From: Mobula hypostoma
Lineage: Eukaryota
Length of the DNA stretch: 64,000 nucleotides
NCBI RefSeq assembly: GCF_963921235.1
Contig: NC_086108.1
Coordinates: 28,646,001 to 28,710,000, forward strand
Reading direction: 5' to 3'
A program made the translations under genes and the position numbers. Numbering within the stretch: the stretch's first letter is position 1; each line of letters opens with the position of its first letter. Shown in pieces: positions 10,589 to 24,300 of the stretch. Below the pieces are notes generated by a model that saw only the letters and a list, made by a program, of their open reading frames with translations, was not told the origin of the DNA and did not search any database.

Positions 10589-13500
10589 TACTTGTTTCTG
10601 TGCTGCTTCTTGGACAGAAAGAAATGTGAAAGGAACTGCGCAGTACTAAAACACATAACAGTGCACCAAGTCTTTAAATCCAGTCATCTTTAAAGTGACA
10701 AATACCCAAATGATTTAATTATTTTCCAGTAAGAAGTGTTTTTGGATGATCAGTGCAGCAAATTGGAGTAACAGCTTACTATAAATATAGTTTCAAAGGA
10801 CTCAACCTCTTCAAGACTATCAACAGTCTGTGTTCTGGTCCTGAGTAAAGCTCTACACATATCAGTTAAAAATTAAACGGCACTGTAATCATCCTGTGTC
10901 TTGGTCAGCAATTCCATACTATAGTTATGATTGAAAACGTTATTATATAGATTTCAATTTATGCTTCAAAGTTTATATGGAGTCAACATCAATTTGTGCT
11001 TTTCCAAACTACCTCTTCAGTTCAATCTGGATCTGTGTGCTGCACTCTTACCCGAAACACTCTAAATATTCCATTATACTCAATATTTCTGATGACTTAA
11101 ACAAGAAGTTTGAAATATCAAGTGGCAGGTCTAGACATTCTATCATAGATTTCCAAAGGGTCAATTCGATTTCAGTCAAATCAAAGGTGATTACATCATG
11201 CCTTCAGAACCCAATTTGTCAATAAAATCAAGACTAAAATTCCCTCTTTGCTGCAATTCTACGTGACAGTCTGTCACAACACTGCCCATACGCACTTGTC
11301 ACTGACAGACAAGTTACAATTGTTATGTAAATGTACAGCTTACTTCAAAAGATGTGGCCCAGTCCTTTATAAGCAACTATAGAATCATTGGTATTCAATG
11401 TAAGCTACGGTACAGGCCAACAGGCATCAAATCCACTGATGTATGACTGGATTTTTTTTATTGTTATTAAACCTGCAAGCATCTGTGGTAGCATAATAAA
11501 TTATTTCACATCCAAATAAGCAGAGAAGAATTATTAACCACTTGCAGAAGGAAGTCATATTATTCTAAAACTTCAGTCCTGCTTTTACTTGTGATCACCT
11601 AACCATGCCCTAGACTTCAAAGAATATTCTAAGTGATAAATTGCTTTAGGACCAGATAATGAAAAGTGCTTTACATCAGCATGTTTGCATTCCTTAAAAC
11701 AAACACTACAGCCGAAATCAATTCATATCCAAATGTGCATGTTTTAAACTTTGGAAGTTGAATTCCCCCCAAACCAAATAAAAAGATCCCTGGTGTGCAG
11801 CTGTGCCATGTAGAACATAATGTTCTTAAATTCATTTACAAAATTTGTGCACACCTGAGTAAAATATTTGATTTTAATTGGTCCATAATTTTAAACGGTA
11901 ACCAAATTATGTGGAGAACTTTGCTTTACCCCATGTTATATTGCTCCTCCTGAATGCTGTTATGTCGCTAGGTTAATTATAATTACCTAATTACCTAAAC
12001 TTGCCAGTCCAATTGCAAATTTCCTGCAACCAGCACGACAAATTTTTTCTATATGCACAACTTTTGTTATTATCGTGTGCATTTACTGCTCTCACAGCAG
12101 CATTCTATTGTTCAGTTTAAAAGCACGAACTGTATTTTATATTTTATACAGTTCCTATCCATGAAACTCTGTCTTACAATGAACAAATGTATCGGAGGCA
12201 GAACTCCTTTAAACTCATCAAGGCTCATATTAACAAGGAATGGCACACCAGAAAACATATTACTTTATTTGGAAAAAAGTCAATAAATCAGAGATGCTAT
12301 GGTTAAAGCTGATTAAAATTTGTCATCCAAGTGTTTAAAATTCCCTTTCCAATTTGCTTTCAAGATTAGAATGCATGCTGAATGAATAAACTGAACCACT
12401 ACATCTTGTGACTTAAGAATGATACTTGAAGAATATGAAAATATCGCTAAGTGGGTAATCAATAAAACTCCATAATCAATATGAACTTCCATGTGATATG
12501 CCACCATATTTGCATATGTGAAATGTAGTGTCCATAATTGTGGAAGTGCATTACAGAGTGAGGGTTAAACAATCAAAGTTTATTCCCATCATTCTTTTTC
12601 TGCATCATTGCTTATTAAAAAAACTTATTCTGACAGCATATTTGGAATGACAAATAATGAAAAACATTGCAATGCATCTAAACATAAGCTTTCAGGCTCA
12701 CTTAAAGAAAAGAGTTACTTCTGCTGTCTCATCCTGTAAAGCATTCTGCTCAATGCAACCAAATCAGTTTCTTCAATAACAGGAACTAATTAAAACATGA
12801 TAGTGTAACGTTTGCAGACAGGGGATTTTGTGCTTTGTCTAAAGGAGACATTACAAGCCTGAGCATGCTTGTTACAGGCATGCCTAACTACACTCATGGT
12901 GCAGCAAAGCTGAAAGCTTTCTAAATGGAGCACAAGTAGGTAGAGTTCATCCTCTCCAGAACTGAACAACCCAAGCTGACCACAGTATAGTCTCATCAAG
13001 TTCAACAACAGGTATGTCCAGCTGAACTCTGTAAACAAATAGCATTAGCTATTCAATTGACTTCACTCTCCTTGTCTTCCCACATTTATTTTTCCCTTTA
13101 CAGCACACATGCAATTTCCTTTCACAAGTTAGCTCATTATTTGCTTGCACGGACCCTCTCAATTGCAGCCTGCATTTATATGGTTTCTTTACAAGCAATG
13201 CACTCCAGATATTATAATTTGTAACAATGAAAGGACCTTATCTTTTCTCTAGTTTTCCACTGTTTATTTTCAATCCATGCTATCTGCCAGAGAAGCTGAC
13301 TTCTCCCTGATTGATTAAGCTCTGCACATGCCCATTAGATCAGCCCTCAGCCATCAGCACAGCAAACCATTCCAGCAGTCTAGTGTTTCCCCATAACCAA
13401 GATTATTGCTTCCAGGATTGTTCTGATTAGTTTCTACTGAAATGCTCCATCTTTAATTTAGGGAATGACCTTAATTAATTGAAAAGAAACTTGCAGAAGT

Positions 13501-15699
13501 TTTTTTTAGCCAAAAACAGATTCAAAACAAGTGAGAAGGGTTGTAGTAGGGCTGCAGAGAAAGACCAAGAGATTGAGTGATTGAATAGATTGATCTATAA
13601 CCATCCAACAATGCTTCTAAGCAAGGGCAATCCAGCTGGACCCACATTTCTGCCTTCTTGCCATAATTGTTTTTTTTCATTTCAAGTACTTCATCAATTC
13701 CCTTCTGAAAATCCAATATCCATCCCAGCAGTGAAATCCAGTCCTAACCACTTGCTACAAAATAAAAATTATTAATTTGTGTCAATCTTGGTTTTTTCCA
13801 ATCATCTTTGTTATTCACTCTCTGATCTTGATCTTCACACTATTGAGATTAATTTCTCTCCATCTCTTCATGTCTTGAAATGCCTCCACTTCTACTTCCG
13901 CAGTTCCAAGTAGTATAGCCACAGACAGTACAGCCTCAATCCATGGAATCAAAGTCCCTCATTCATGGAAACAGCACAGTAAATCTCTCTGCAACCTTTT
14001 CCAAGACTATTACATCGGTTCTAAATCCGGGTGCTCAAAATCAAAATTGTTTCTCAAAATGCCTAGGAAAGGTTTGAAAGCAATATATAAAACAGTGAAT
14101 GTGTGGACAGAGTGGATAGTGAAAGGTTGTTGCCTTATGATGGAAAGACTAGTCCATCTACATCTTCTTACAATTTATCTTCTCAGTTACATTCACAAGG
14201 CATTCACTAATTTTTCCAATTATTGTTTCTAAAAGTGCAATATTATATCAGCATACCGAACATGGATTTGGAATGCATCATATCCAGATGGGACTTCTGA
14301 ACAACACACAGATCTAACAGCAAACCATGGAACACTATTTATCCTTCAATTACTTGTTGCTATGGTGCAGACTAACCAGATAAAGATGGGCAGCAATCTT
14401 TCCTGAAAGACACTGATGACCTCAATTTTTACAATAACCCAGTAGATTTCCTAAATGAATTTTAACTCAGAAGTTGTCAAATGTACAAAATACTAAACTG
14501 ACTTGAGAAATTTAACCAAAGCCTCGATTAGGTTATTGTACATGTCATTTTTAATGGAGGGACAGACTTCTTACTTAATGATAATGTCCTAAGTAAAGTT
14601 TATCTCAGCCTTTAAGCAAGCGAGAATAGTTAAAGAAAGCCAAAGTTGTTTGCACCATAGTAATTCCATTTAACAGTACATATCAACAGTACACAACATT
14701 ACTTTCATTTCTGAAACTTAGAAAATCTCTCCCCAATGTGCTACCAATACCCTAAGCATACAGCTACAACATACAAATCTCCCGTGGGCACAACATCTCT
14801 GTTAGATTACAAGGGCACACACCTTGTCCAACACTATGCCTTTGTAAACAGGAATTCCATATGGAACAGACATGAACTAATGTGAATTATTTCCTCGTGA
14901 ATTAACAAAATCCCCAATGTCAGCAAGTTCTATTTAGATGGGAATCCCTCTTGTTTTTTTTAAATCCACAATGTGGATAAGTACTACAAGCCTTCAAGGC
15001 ATTATTTGATAAAAATTAAAATAGAGGTAATGAGTTACTGATGAAATTCTACACAAACGGAAACTTAATTTGTTTACTGGGACATTGTACAGTTGATTAT
15101 GAAAGGCTCACACTCCTTTTGGTTTTGATGTCGAGGACTTGGTTCAGCCCTCTTCCGTGAGCTTTGCCAAGGTACCCTCTCCGTTTGTTTATTTTAACAG
15201 CAAGGTAGCACTATACAAATGGAAAGGGCTTTTTGATAAAGGGAAGTTGTCCAAGTCAAAAGGAGATATGCCCCCAAAATTTTAACCTCATTATCAAGTG
15301 TTCTACATAAGCCACAACAACAATCAATAAAGATTTGTAATTGTACATAATCTGCACAAGGATGAGACAGGTACAGTAGGGTAATTCAAAAGCCTGGGTT
15401 GTTAATAATCAAGCTGAATTCTGCCATTAAAGTTTGACAATTCAATTTATAATAACTGAAAATGCAAGCTTTTTTAAAAATCAGTAAAAGTGTCCATGAC
15501 AGACTATTGTACAAGGACCAGCCAGATCACCCTGGGAAATAAACCTAATGTTTATATAGAGCCTGCTCAACATGTTACTGCAGTACCAGGCCAATGTGTA
15601 ATCCTTGAAAATGCTTTTCCTTTGATTCCTTGAAATGGTTCAGCACTCTTCTCCATTGTTCTCCACCTGAAACACTTGGACACAAGCATAGTCAGCATA

Positions 15700-17305
15700 C
15701 AGTGGCAGGCAAAAATTTGGGCACTCCAGTAAAAATTTCTGTTACTGTGAATAGTTGTGAGTAGAAGATGAACTGTTCTCTAAAAGTCATAAAGTTAAAG
15801 ATGAAACATTCTTTTCAACATTTTAAGCAAGATTCGTGTATTATTTTTGTTTTGTACAATTTTAGAGTGTAAAAAAGGAAAGGAGCACCATGCAAAAGTT
15901 TGGGCACCCCAAGAGATTTGAGCTCTCAGATAACTTTTACCAAGGTCTCAGACCGTAATTAGCTTGTTAGGGCTATGGCTTGTTCACAGTCATCATTAGG
16001 AAAGGCCAGGTGATACAAATTTCAAAGCTTTATAAATACCCTGACTCCTCAAACCTTGTCCCAACAATCAGTAGCCATGGGCTCCTCTAAGCAGCTGCCT
16101 AGCACTCTGAAAATTAAAATAAATGATGCCCACAAGCAGGAGAAGGCTATAAGAAGATAGCAAAGCGGTTCAGGTAGCCGTTTCCTCAGTTCGCAATGAA
16201 TTAAGAAATGGCAGTTAACAGGAATGGTGGAGGTCTGGAAGACCAAGAAAACTTACCGAGAGAACTGCTCATAGGATTGCTAGAAATTTTGATTGCTCAA
16301 AATCCCCGTTTGACTGCAAAAGACCTTTGGGAAGATTTTGCAGACTCTGGCGTGATGGTGCACTGTTCTACTGTGCAGCAACACCTGCACAAATATGACC
16401 TTCATGTAAGAGTCATGAGAAGAAAACCTTTCCTGTGTCCTCGCCACAAAATTCAGCGTCAGAAGTTTGCAAAGGAACATCTAAACAAGCCTGATGCATT
16501 TTGGAAACAAGTCCTGTAGACTAATGAAGTTAAAATAGAACTTTTTGGCCACAATAAGCAAAGATATGTTTGGAGAAAAAAGGGTGCAGAATTTCATGAA
16601 AAGAACACCTCTCCAACTGTTAAGCACGGGGTGGATTGATCACGCTTTGGGCTTGTGTTGCAGCCAGTGGCATGGGGAACATTTTTCTGGTAGAGGGAAG
16701 AATGAATTCAATTATATACCAGCGAATTCTGGAAGCAAACATCACAATGTCTGTAAAAAAGCTGAAGATGAAAAAAGGATGGCTTCTACAACAGGGTAAT
16801 GATCCTAAACACACCTCAAAATCCACAATGGACTACCTCAAGAGGTGCAAGCTGAAGGTTTTGCCGTGGCCCTCACAGCCACCCAACCTAAACATCATCG
16901 GAAATCTGTAGATAGACCTCAAAAGAGCAGTGCATGCAAGACGACCCAAGAATCTCACAGAACCAGAAGCCTTTTGCAAGGAAGAATGGGCAAAAATCCC
17001 CAAACAAGAATTTAAAGACTCTTAGCTGGCTACAGAAAGCGTTTACAAGCTGTGATACTTGCCAAAGGGGGTGTTACTAAGTACTGACCATGCAGGGTGC
17101 CCAAACGTTTGCTTCGGGCCTTTTTCATTTTTTGTTATTTTGAAACTGTAAAAGATGGAAAGAAAAAAATTCTTGCTTAAAATATTAAAGAAATGTGTCA
17201 TCATTAACTTTATGCCTTTTGGAAATCAGGTCATCTTTTACTCGCTTAGCTATTTACAGTAACAGAAATTTTGACCAGGGGTGCCCAAACTTTTGCACGC
17301 CACTG
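15700..17305 (+). mobile_element. Full-length Tc1/mariner transposon with decayed transposase (about 16077-17088)
   Basis: TA TSD at both ends; TIR cagtggc..gcaaaa.tttgggcac; inner repeats near 15890 and 17095; motifs GYKKIAK, NPRLTAKDL, RRKPFL, WKQVL, NDPKHTS, WPSQPPNLN. Confidence 0.95.
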
Positions 17306-17529
17306 TATATTCATTGCAAGTACTTAGGTACAGAATTATTACGGCAATTCAGGCAGCAACCCTTCAGCTGGTTGTTAGGTGGAAAACAGGAGAAAAACTT
17401 CTGGAGTAACCATAAGATTTGTCTCCTTTATTGAAGGAAATTACAATTACTATGACTCTGACATAATATTCCCAAGCATGGGGTTTGATGTGAATTTATA
17501 TCTGAAGCTTCTCTCCATCAAGTTTTAGA

Positions 17530-18610
17530 ATATCAACAGAATTAGAAACAGGTTTAATATCAGTGGCATATTTCATGGAATTTGGTGTTTTGCGGCAGCA
17601 GTACATTGCAATACCTAATAATAAAAAAACTATAAATTACAGTAAGTATATAAAAAAAGAATTAAGTTAAATAAGTAATGCAAAAAGAGAAGAAAAAATT
17701 AATGAAGTAGTGCTCATGGACTCATTGTTCATTCAGAAATCTGATTTCGGTAGGAAGGAAGCTATTCCTGAAATGTTGAGCGTGTGTCTTCAATCTCCTA
17801 TACCTCCTTCTAATGCTAGCAATGAGAAGATGATGTTCTGGGTGATGGGGGTCTTTAATGATAGATGCTACCTTTTTGAAACATTGCCTTTTGAAGGAGT
17901 CCTCAATGCTGGGGAGGCTAGTGCCCAGGATGGAGCTGGCTGAGTTTACAACTTTCTGCATTTTTTTCTGATCCTGTGCAGTGTCCCCTCCATACCAGAT
18001 GGTGATGCAATCAATTAGAATACACCCCACAGTACATCTGTAGAATTTGTAAGTACCGAGTCTCATCAAACTCTGAATAAAATATAGCTATTGGCATTCC
18101 TTCTTTGTAATTACATCAGTATGTTGGGCCCAGGATAAACCCTCAGAGATGTTGACCCGGGAACTTGAAACTACTCACCCTTGAAATTGCTGATCCCTCA
18201 ATGAGGACTGACGTGCATTTCTTTGACTGACCTTTCCTAAAATCCACTATCAATTCCTTAGTCTCACTGACATTGGGTGCAAGGTTGTTGTTGTGACACC
18301 ACTCAACCAGTTGATCTAGCTTGCTCCTGTACACCCCTTCGTCACCATCAGACATTCTAAGAACGAGTGTTATGTCATCAGCAAATTTATAGATGGCTTT
18401 TGAGCTGCACCTAGGCACACAGTCGTGGGTGTAGAGTGTAGAGCAGTGAGATGCAGCAGTGCTGATTGTCAGCAGGGTGACGTTATTTCCGATCCGCACA
18501 GACTGTGGTGTCCCAGTGAAGAAGTAAAGAATCCAATTGCGGGGGGGGGGGGGGGGTGGTTACAGAGGCCCAGGTTTTGAAGCTAGTTGATTAGAACTGT
18601 GGGTATGACA
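17530..18610 (-). mobile_element. Rex1/Babar-type LINE fragment
   Basis: LYTHDC, YKFADD, KTKELIVDFRK-like, SIIKDPHHP and RFRNSF-like motifs. Confidence 0.85.
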
Positions 18611-18944
18611 ACATAACATCTGCTCCTGAGCCCTTAATGGCCTTATGAATTGACTGCTAGTCTGGGATGTTGGTAAGGTCAATCAGGCAAATTGCAGTAA
18701 AAGAAGTCAAGGACACTCACGTTAAGAAGACTTCCAATTGTAGAACTACTGCCCATTTTAATTAAACCAGTCCTGTCCTGGCGGTTTCTGGTAAAGGAGC
18801 TAAGAATGTAAAATCCAGCTACCCAGAGGCACAGCAGACATGATTCTTCATAATGTAACAACTTCAAGAAAAACATATGGAGCAGCACCAACATGTCTAT
18901 TTTGAATTCACAACAGCTTTTGACTCCATTAATCAGAGAACCTA

Positions 18945-19178
18945 GGTAAAGGTAAAGGCATCCGTTAGTCTTGCGAGACCATGGATCTGTGCCTGGAAAG
19001 TCTTCACTCTCCAGGGTGCAGGCCTGGGCAAGGTTGTATGGAAGACCAGCATGCTGCAAGTCTCCCCTCTCCACAACACCAATGTTGCCCAAGGGAAGGG
19101 CATTAGGACCCATACAGCTTGGCACCAGTGTCATCACAGAGCAATGTGTGATTAAGTGCCTTGCTCAAGGACACAATA
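18945..19178 (-). mobile_element. 5'-truncated SINE; same body as 6838-7120 with an (ACCTTT)n tail
   Basis: aggcctgggcaaggttgtatgg...ccttgctcaaggacacaa is shared with the 6838 copy; the distal tail differs. Confidence 0.85.
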
Positions 19179-19499
19179 CATGTTCTCAACATGTGTCTGA
19201 TGTACGAAAGCATGCAGACTGTGATTTCAAACAACGGGTTCCACAGTAGACCAATGTCAATGCAGAATGGCAATCAAGCAAGGCAGCATCATTGCCACAA
19301 TCTTTTTCTCAACATTTTCTCAACATTTTCCACTCCAAGCTGCTCCTCACCTCCAAAGTGTTTCTTGCTGAAGTGGAGCTAACCAACAGGACAAAAAGAA
19401 ATTCACTGTTCCATGTCTGAACTAAGATCAATCAAACTGTGGCACACAGCCCATTCACTGATGTATAGTGGAAATCACAGGGCCCAGTTTGGTAATTCC

Positions 19500-19990
19500 A
19501 ATGCACAGGAAGACAAGAAGCTATAAAAAGCAGTGAACTCAGCCAGATCCATCATAGGTTCAGCTCTCAGTACCATCAAAAACAATCTACAAGAGGCAAC
19601 GTATTAGGAAGGTGACATTGATCACCAGGGATCACCACCGTCCAGACCAGGCCCTCTTCTCAATGCTGCCACCAGGTAGGAAGTACAGAAGCCTGTTGAC
19701 ACATACCTCAAGGTTCAAAAACATCTTCCCCACTGCCATCAGATTCCTGAATTAATCTGAAAACCACTAACACTACCTCAAACTGTCCGTCCATCCGACC
19801 GTCCAGCCATCCTGCACTAGTGGCATTATGGTTATTTTGTAACGCAAGTTATGTATAATTTAAGCTAATTTAAGTTCATGTTATTTTATGATTGCAATGC
19901 TATATGTACTGTGCTGCTGCTGCAAAAAGCTAATTTTCATGGCATTTACATCCTGTGTAAGTACACCTATAACAATAAATTTGAACTTGT
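19500..19990 (+). mobile_element. Old Rex1/Babar-type 3' fragment
   Basis: DHHRPDQALFSMLPPGRKYRSL motif and ttgaac-type tail. Confidence 0.65.
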
Positions 19991-20239
19991 TCTTGGGCAT
20001 ATCTGGAAGATATGCTCAAAGTAATTTCAGTGAAATAGCCAAGAGAATGCACCTTACAATGAAGAACATTTGCCTGGCAATTTGTTCCTATTACATGATA
20101 CCCCTTCCCCGCAACAATAAAGAGACACCCTGGAGAGCCTAGATCATTTTCTGTATCTCAGGATCCAGCTCTCAATGAGGACAAACACTGAAGATAAAAT
20201 TCAGCATTATCCTCAGTGCTCTACCCTTTCCTCCATTTT

Positions 20240-20795
20240 TTTATACTGGCTATTTTACTATATACTTCAGTCCAGATGAAGAGTCTTAACCCAAAATATC
20301 AACTTCAACTTCCATTTCCCTCATAGATACTGCCTGACACAAACACAAGAGACTATGCAGATGCTGGAAATCCAGAACAACACACAGAAAATTGTGGAGG
20401 AACTCAGGTCAGGCAGCATCCATAAACAGTTGACATTTTGGGCCAAGATCCAACAAGACTGGAAGGAAGGGGGAAGAAGCCAGAATGAGAAAGGGGGAAG
20501 GGAATGAGTAAGTTCACCTGAAACCAGGTGAGGGAGAGGGTGACGGATGGGGAGGGAGATAAAGTGAATAGCTGGGTGGTGGAAGAGGAAAAGGATGAAA
20601 AAAGAATGAATCTAATAAGATAGTGGACCATGGAATAAAAGGAAGGAGGAGGGGTACCAGAGGGAGGTAATGGGCAGATGAGAAATAAAGGGGTAAGAGA
20701 AGCCACAATGGGGAATGCAAAAAGAGAAAAAGATGAGAGGGGTTGCCAGAAGCTGCCTGACCTGCTGAGTTCCTCCAGCATCTTGTAGGTTGCTC
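20240..20795. mobile_element. Penelope-like terminal fragments in inverted arrangement
   Basis: Minus-strand PLE end (gatgctggaaatcc...ggaactc..gtcaggcagcatc plus purine-rich tract) flanked by plus-strand pieces, including a decayed cagtccagatgaa...atatcaact hammerhead. Confidence 0.7.
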
Positions 20796-22736
20796 TAACC
20801 CTTATTGCCTACTACCCAGCAGTGATCCTTCTGTATGCTTCTGAAACATATGCTATCTACAGCAGACAACTCAAAGTATTGGGAAAATATTTTCAACAAT
20901 GACTCCTCCAAGGAAAGCAGAAACTTATGGACAAACTCAGTGGGTTGAGCAGCATTGGTGGAGAAATTCAGATTCACAAGAGAATTTATCCTATTATCTA
21001 ACATAAAGAAAGTAGTGAAATAGAAGTTTGTTCGGGTATGAATGGGAGTAACATCCAGTAGTCCTGATAATCTGTATCTAGTGCTACTAAGTCCTAACAA
21101 TGCTGGATTATTTACTGTTCATACCATACCTGCATGTGCTTGGTCGTAGTTTTCTGTCATTTAAAGTGGTAAGATTTTTGCTAATAGCTGCAGCTTCTAA
21201 AAGATACTCCACCTATGAGATGAGCAGCAATTGAATTGTAGAGACAGATATAAGCAGCATTGGACAACCTACTGACAAATGGTTTCCCTGCCTCCAGTAC
21301 AATGAAGAGCAATGTCATCAACTCTTTCAAGAAAGCTTTCTTCGCCCATTTTTACAAAACTTGTCCCCTCACCTTTGCTACAAACATTTAGCACATTCAG
21401 ACGATAATTAGCTACAACCAACTATAGAAAGAACAAATAGAAATGGCTGGTTACAGAAAAGCATATATTTTTTAAAGAAATCAAACTTGTCACAGAATGT
21501 GACAGCTGTGTTCATCGTTGCCTGAAACATCTTGTGGCAGCATATGGAGAAAATCAATCCTTTGCTCCTTAGTTTCATCAAATACTGTTTAGGCAAAGAA
21601 ACTGGTAAGACTGGCCCATTGCATGTGACATTTTATCCATTGCAATAGGCTCCCTGTGGGCTTTAAACAGGGCAGCACAAGTTACTATAATTTAAAGATA
21701 AACCATCAGGATTAGATTAACCACATAAGTGCCAATACATCTGCACTTCAATGATTATGGATTTCATTTCCAAAGGAAAGAGCAAATAGAGTGAATCACT
21801 GAAAATCCCAATTGCCGCAGTATACATTATCCATCAACAGGTTTAGAATTTACTTGTGGCATTGTAGCATACATTCTGGAGAACTCTTACTCAATGAGGC
21901 TTTGGGAAAACTTTAAAAATATGGAGTTGTACTATATTAAGAATGGTTTAAATAAAAACAACAATTCAATGTTTAGACTGAACCTCTGAGCCATAATTAA
22001 TTGCCTCCACTCTATTTCAAAAGGATCTGAGGTGAAATAGAAAGCCATCATGGGATATTTATACTCTGTGACAGGTGGTACAGGAAGTGAATGACAGAAT
22101 CAGCACATGGGTAACATTTGAAGCTGTGTGTACATTCGGTCATTGTCCCAGTGTTTCTGTATGCTGCAAAGCAAGTGCTTGATGTTATAATTACCATCAT
22201 TCTCTGCTTTGAGTTGATCATGAATAAGGGATTCCTGGGAGTCAGTGGAGAAGTTTGACTTCTTCAAGGTAGGTTCTTGAATCTTATCTTCTGTCCATTA
22301 AAGGGCTCGCAATACAGTGCCTCTTTTGAGAGTCTGGAGTTGGACACGCAAATGCTGTGCTTTGCCTTATTACGTCAACAACGTAATCACTAACTCAGTA
22401 CAAGATTTGTCAGCCTGGGAAGGAGCTGATGTTGGTTTGCTTTACTGCAAGAGGATTTGAAGAATTTTTGAAAAAACCATATTGATGCTACCTCTGCAGT
22501 GCTTTCAGGTACATATGTAGAGCATATACCTTAGATGAATAAGACAAAATTATATTTGCTGTCTAAGATGTGAGATCTTGATCTCTATACTTTTTACCTC
22601 AAGTGGCAAAGGCGTTGTTAAATGTCTTCCTTCGTCAAGACTTGGCTCAAGATATAGCAAGTGATCTCAGTTTTCCACAATCTCCTTATGATTGGAAGTT
22701 AGTATTGTATTGTGGGATCAGGCTGGTAGAAGACAT

Positions 22737-23510
22737 TGAATTGACTTTATTATTTACATCATATACATGAGGAGTAAAAATCTTTACGTTACATCTCCAT
22801 CTAAATGTGCAATTTATAGTAATTTATAATAAATATTATGTACAACAGGACAGTCAATATAATAGAGAAATATAGTTGCATCAGCATAAATTAAGCAATC
22901 TGATGGCCTGGTGGAAGAAGCTGTCCCAGAGCCTGTTGGTCCTGGCTTTTATGCTGCGGTACCATTTCTCGGATGGTAGTAGTTGGAAGTTCGTGGTTTG
23001 GGTGACTCAGGTCCCCAATGATCCTTCGGGCCCTTTTTACACATCTGCCTTTGTAAGTGTCATGAATAGTGGGAAGTTCACATCTACACATGCACTGGGC
23101 TGACCACTCCACTCACTGCAGAGTCTTGCAATTGAGGGAAATACAGTTCCCATACCAGGCAGTGATGCAGCCAGTCAGGATGCTCTCAATTCTGTGTCTC
23201 TATAGAAAGTTCTTAGGATCTGGGGGGCCAATACCAAACTTCTTCAATCGTCTGAGGTGAAAGAGGCATTGTTGTGCCTCTTTCACCACACAGATGGTAC
23301 ATACAGCCACGTGAGATCCTCGGTAATGTTTATGCCGAGGAACTTAAAGCTGTTCACCCTCTCAACCCCAGATCCTTTGATGTCAATAGGGACTAGCCTG
23401 TTCCATTCCTCCTGTAGTCCACAACCAGCTCCTCTGTTTTTGAGACATTGAGGGAGAGGTTGTTTTCTTGACACCTCTGTGTCAGGCTGATGACGACTTC
23501 TCTGTACGCA
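22737..23510 (-). mobile_element. Rex1/Babar-type LINE 3' fragment
   Basis: GVERVNSFKFLGINITEDLTW and RRIIGDLSHPNH motifs. Confidence 0.85.
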
Positions 23511-23524
23511 GGTTTGTAGACATA

Positions 23525-24300
23525 TTATGATGATTATGATTATGAGGACATGCAGTCCCCTTTTATTGTCATTTAGTAATGCATGCATTAAGAAATGATA
23601 CAATGTTTTTCCAGAATGATATCATGAAAACACATGACAAACTGACTTAAAAACTAACAAAAACCACATAATTATAACATGTAACATACATCAAAGTTGC
23701 TGGTGAACGCAGCAGGCCAGGCAGCATCTATAGGAACCAACAACTTTGATGTATGTTGCTTGAATTTCCAGCATCTGCAGAATTCCTGTTGTTTGCGTTT
23801 AATTATAACATGTAGTTACAACAGTGAAAAGCAATACCGTAATTTGATAAGAACAGACCATGGCACAGTAAAAATCTCAAAGTCTCTTGAAAGTCCCATC
23901 ATCTCACGCAGACAGTAAACCTCTAGCGCTGCCAACTTGCCAATGCAACATCCCGGAAGCATCCAAACACAGTCTGACTCCAAGTCCGTCCAAAAACTCT
24001 GAGCCTCCGACCACCTCTTCGACACCAAGCACCATCTCTGCCGAGCGCTTCGACCCTGGTCCCGGCAACAGGCGATAGGCAAAGCCGAGGATTTGGGGCC
24101 TTCGACTCCAAGAGATTCTCGATCGCACAGTAGCAGCGGCAGCGAAGCAGGCATTTCAGAAGTTTCTCCAGATGTTCCTCTGCGCTCCTCACGGCTGTCT
24201 CCATCAAATCCGGATTGTGCACGGCCCCCTAGTTACACATAATCGATATTCATTCGGAACGGCCACGCGCACTGCGTTGCGCTGCCATCTTCTCCTCCCT
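23525..24300 (-). mobile_element. Non-coding retroposed element with GC-rich head and (ATAATC)n tail
   Basis: Minus-strand start ggaggagaagatggcagcgc; many CpGs kept; ends aataaaagggga...cataatcataatcatcata; no RT motifs. Confidence 0.6.
23684..23799 (+). mobile_element. Short fold-back PLE insertion
   Basis: Inverted 5' arm plus 3' end ...gttgtttgcg; 15-bp TSD taattataacatgta. Confidence 0.85.

Noticed and set aside
18541..18558. Poly-G run as a G-quadruplex element
   Set aside because: Simple homopolymer expansion inside a LINE fragment
20404..20781. 125-aa Pro/Ser/Phe-rich ORF
   Set aside because: Translation of the pyrimidine-rich PLE 3' region; low complexity
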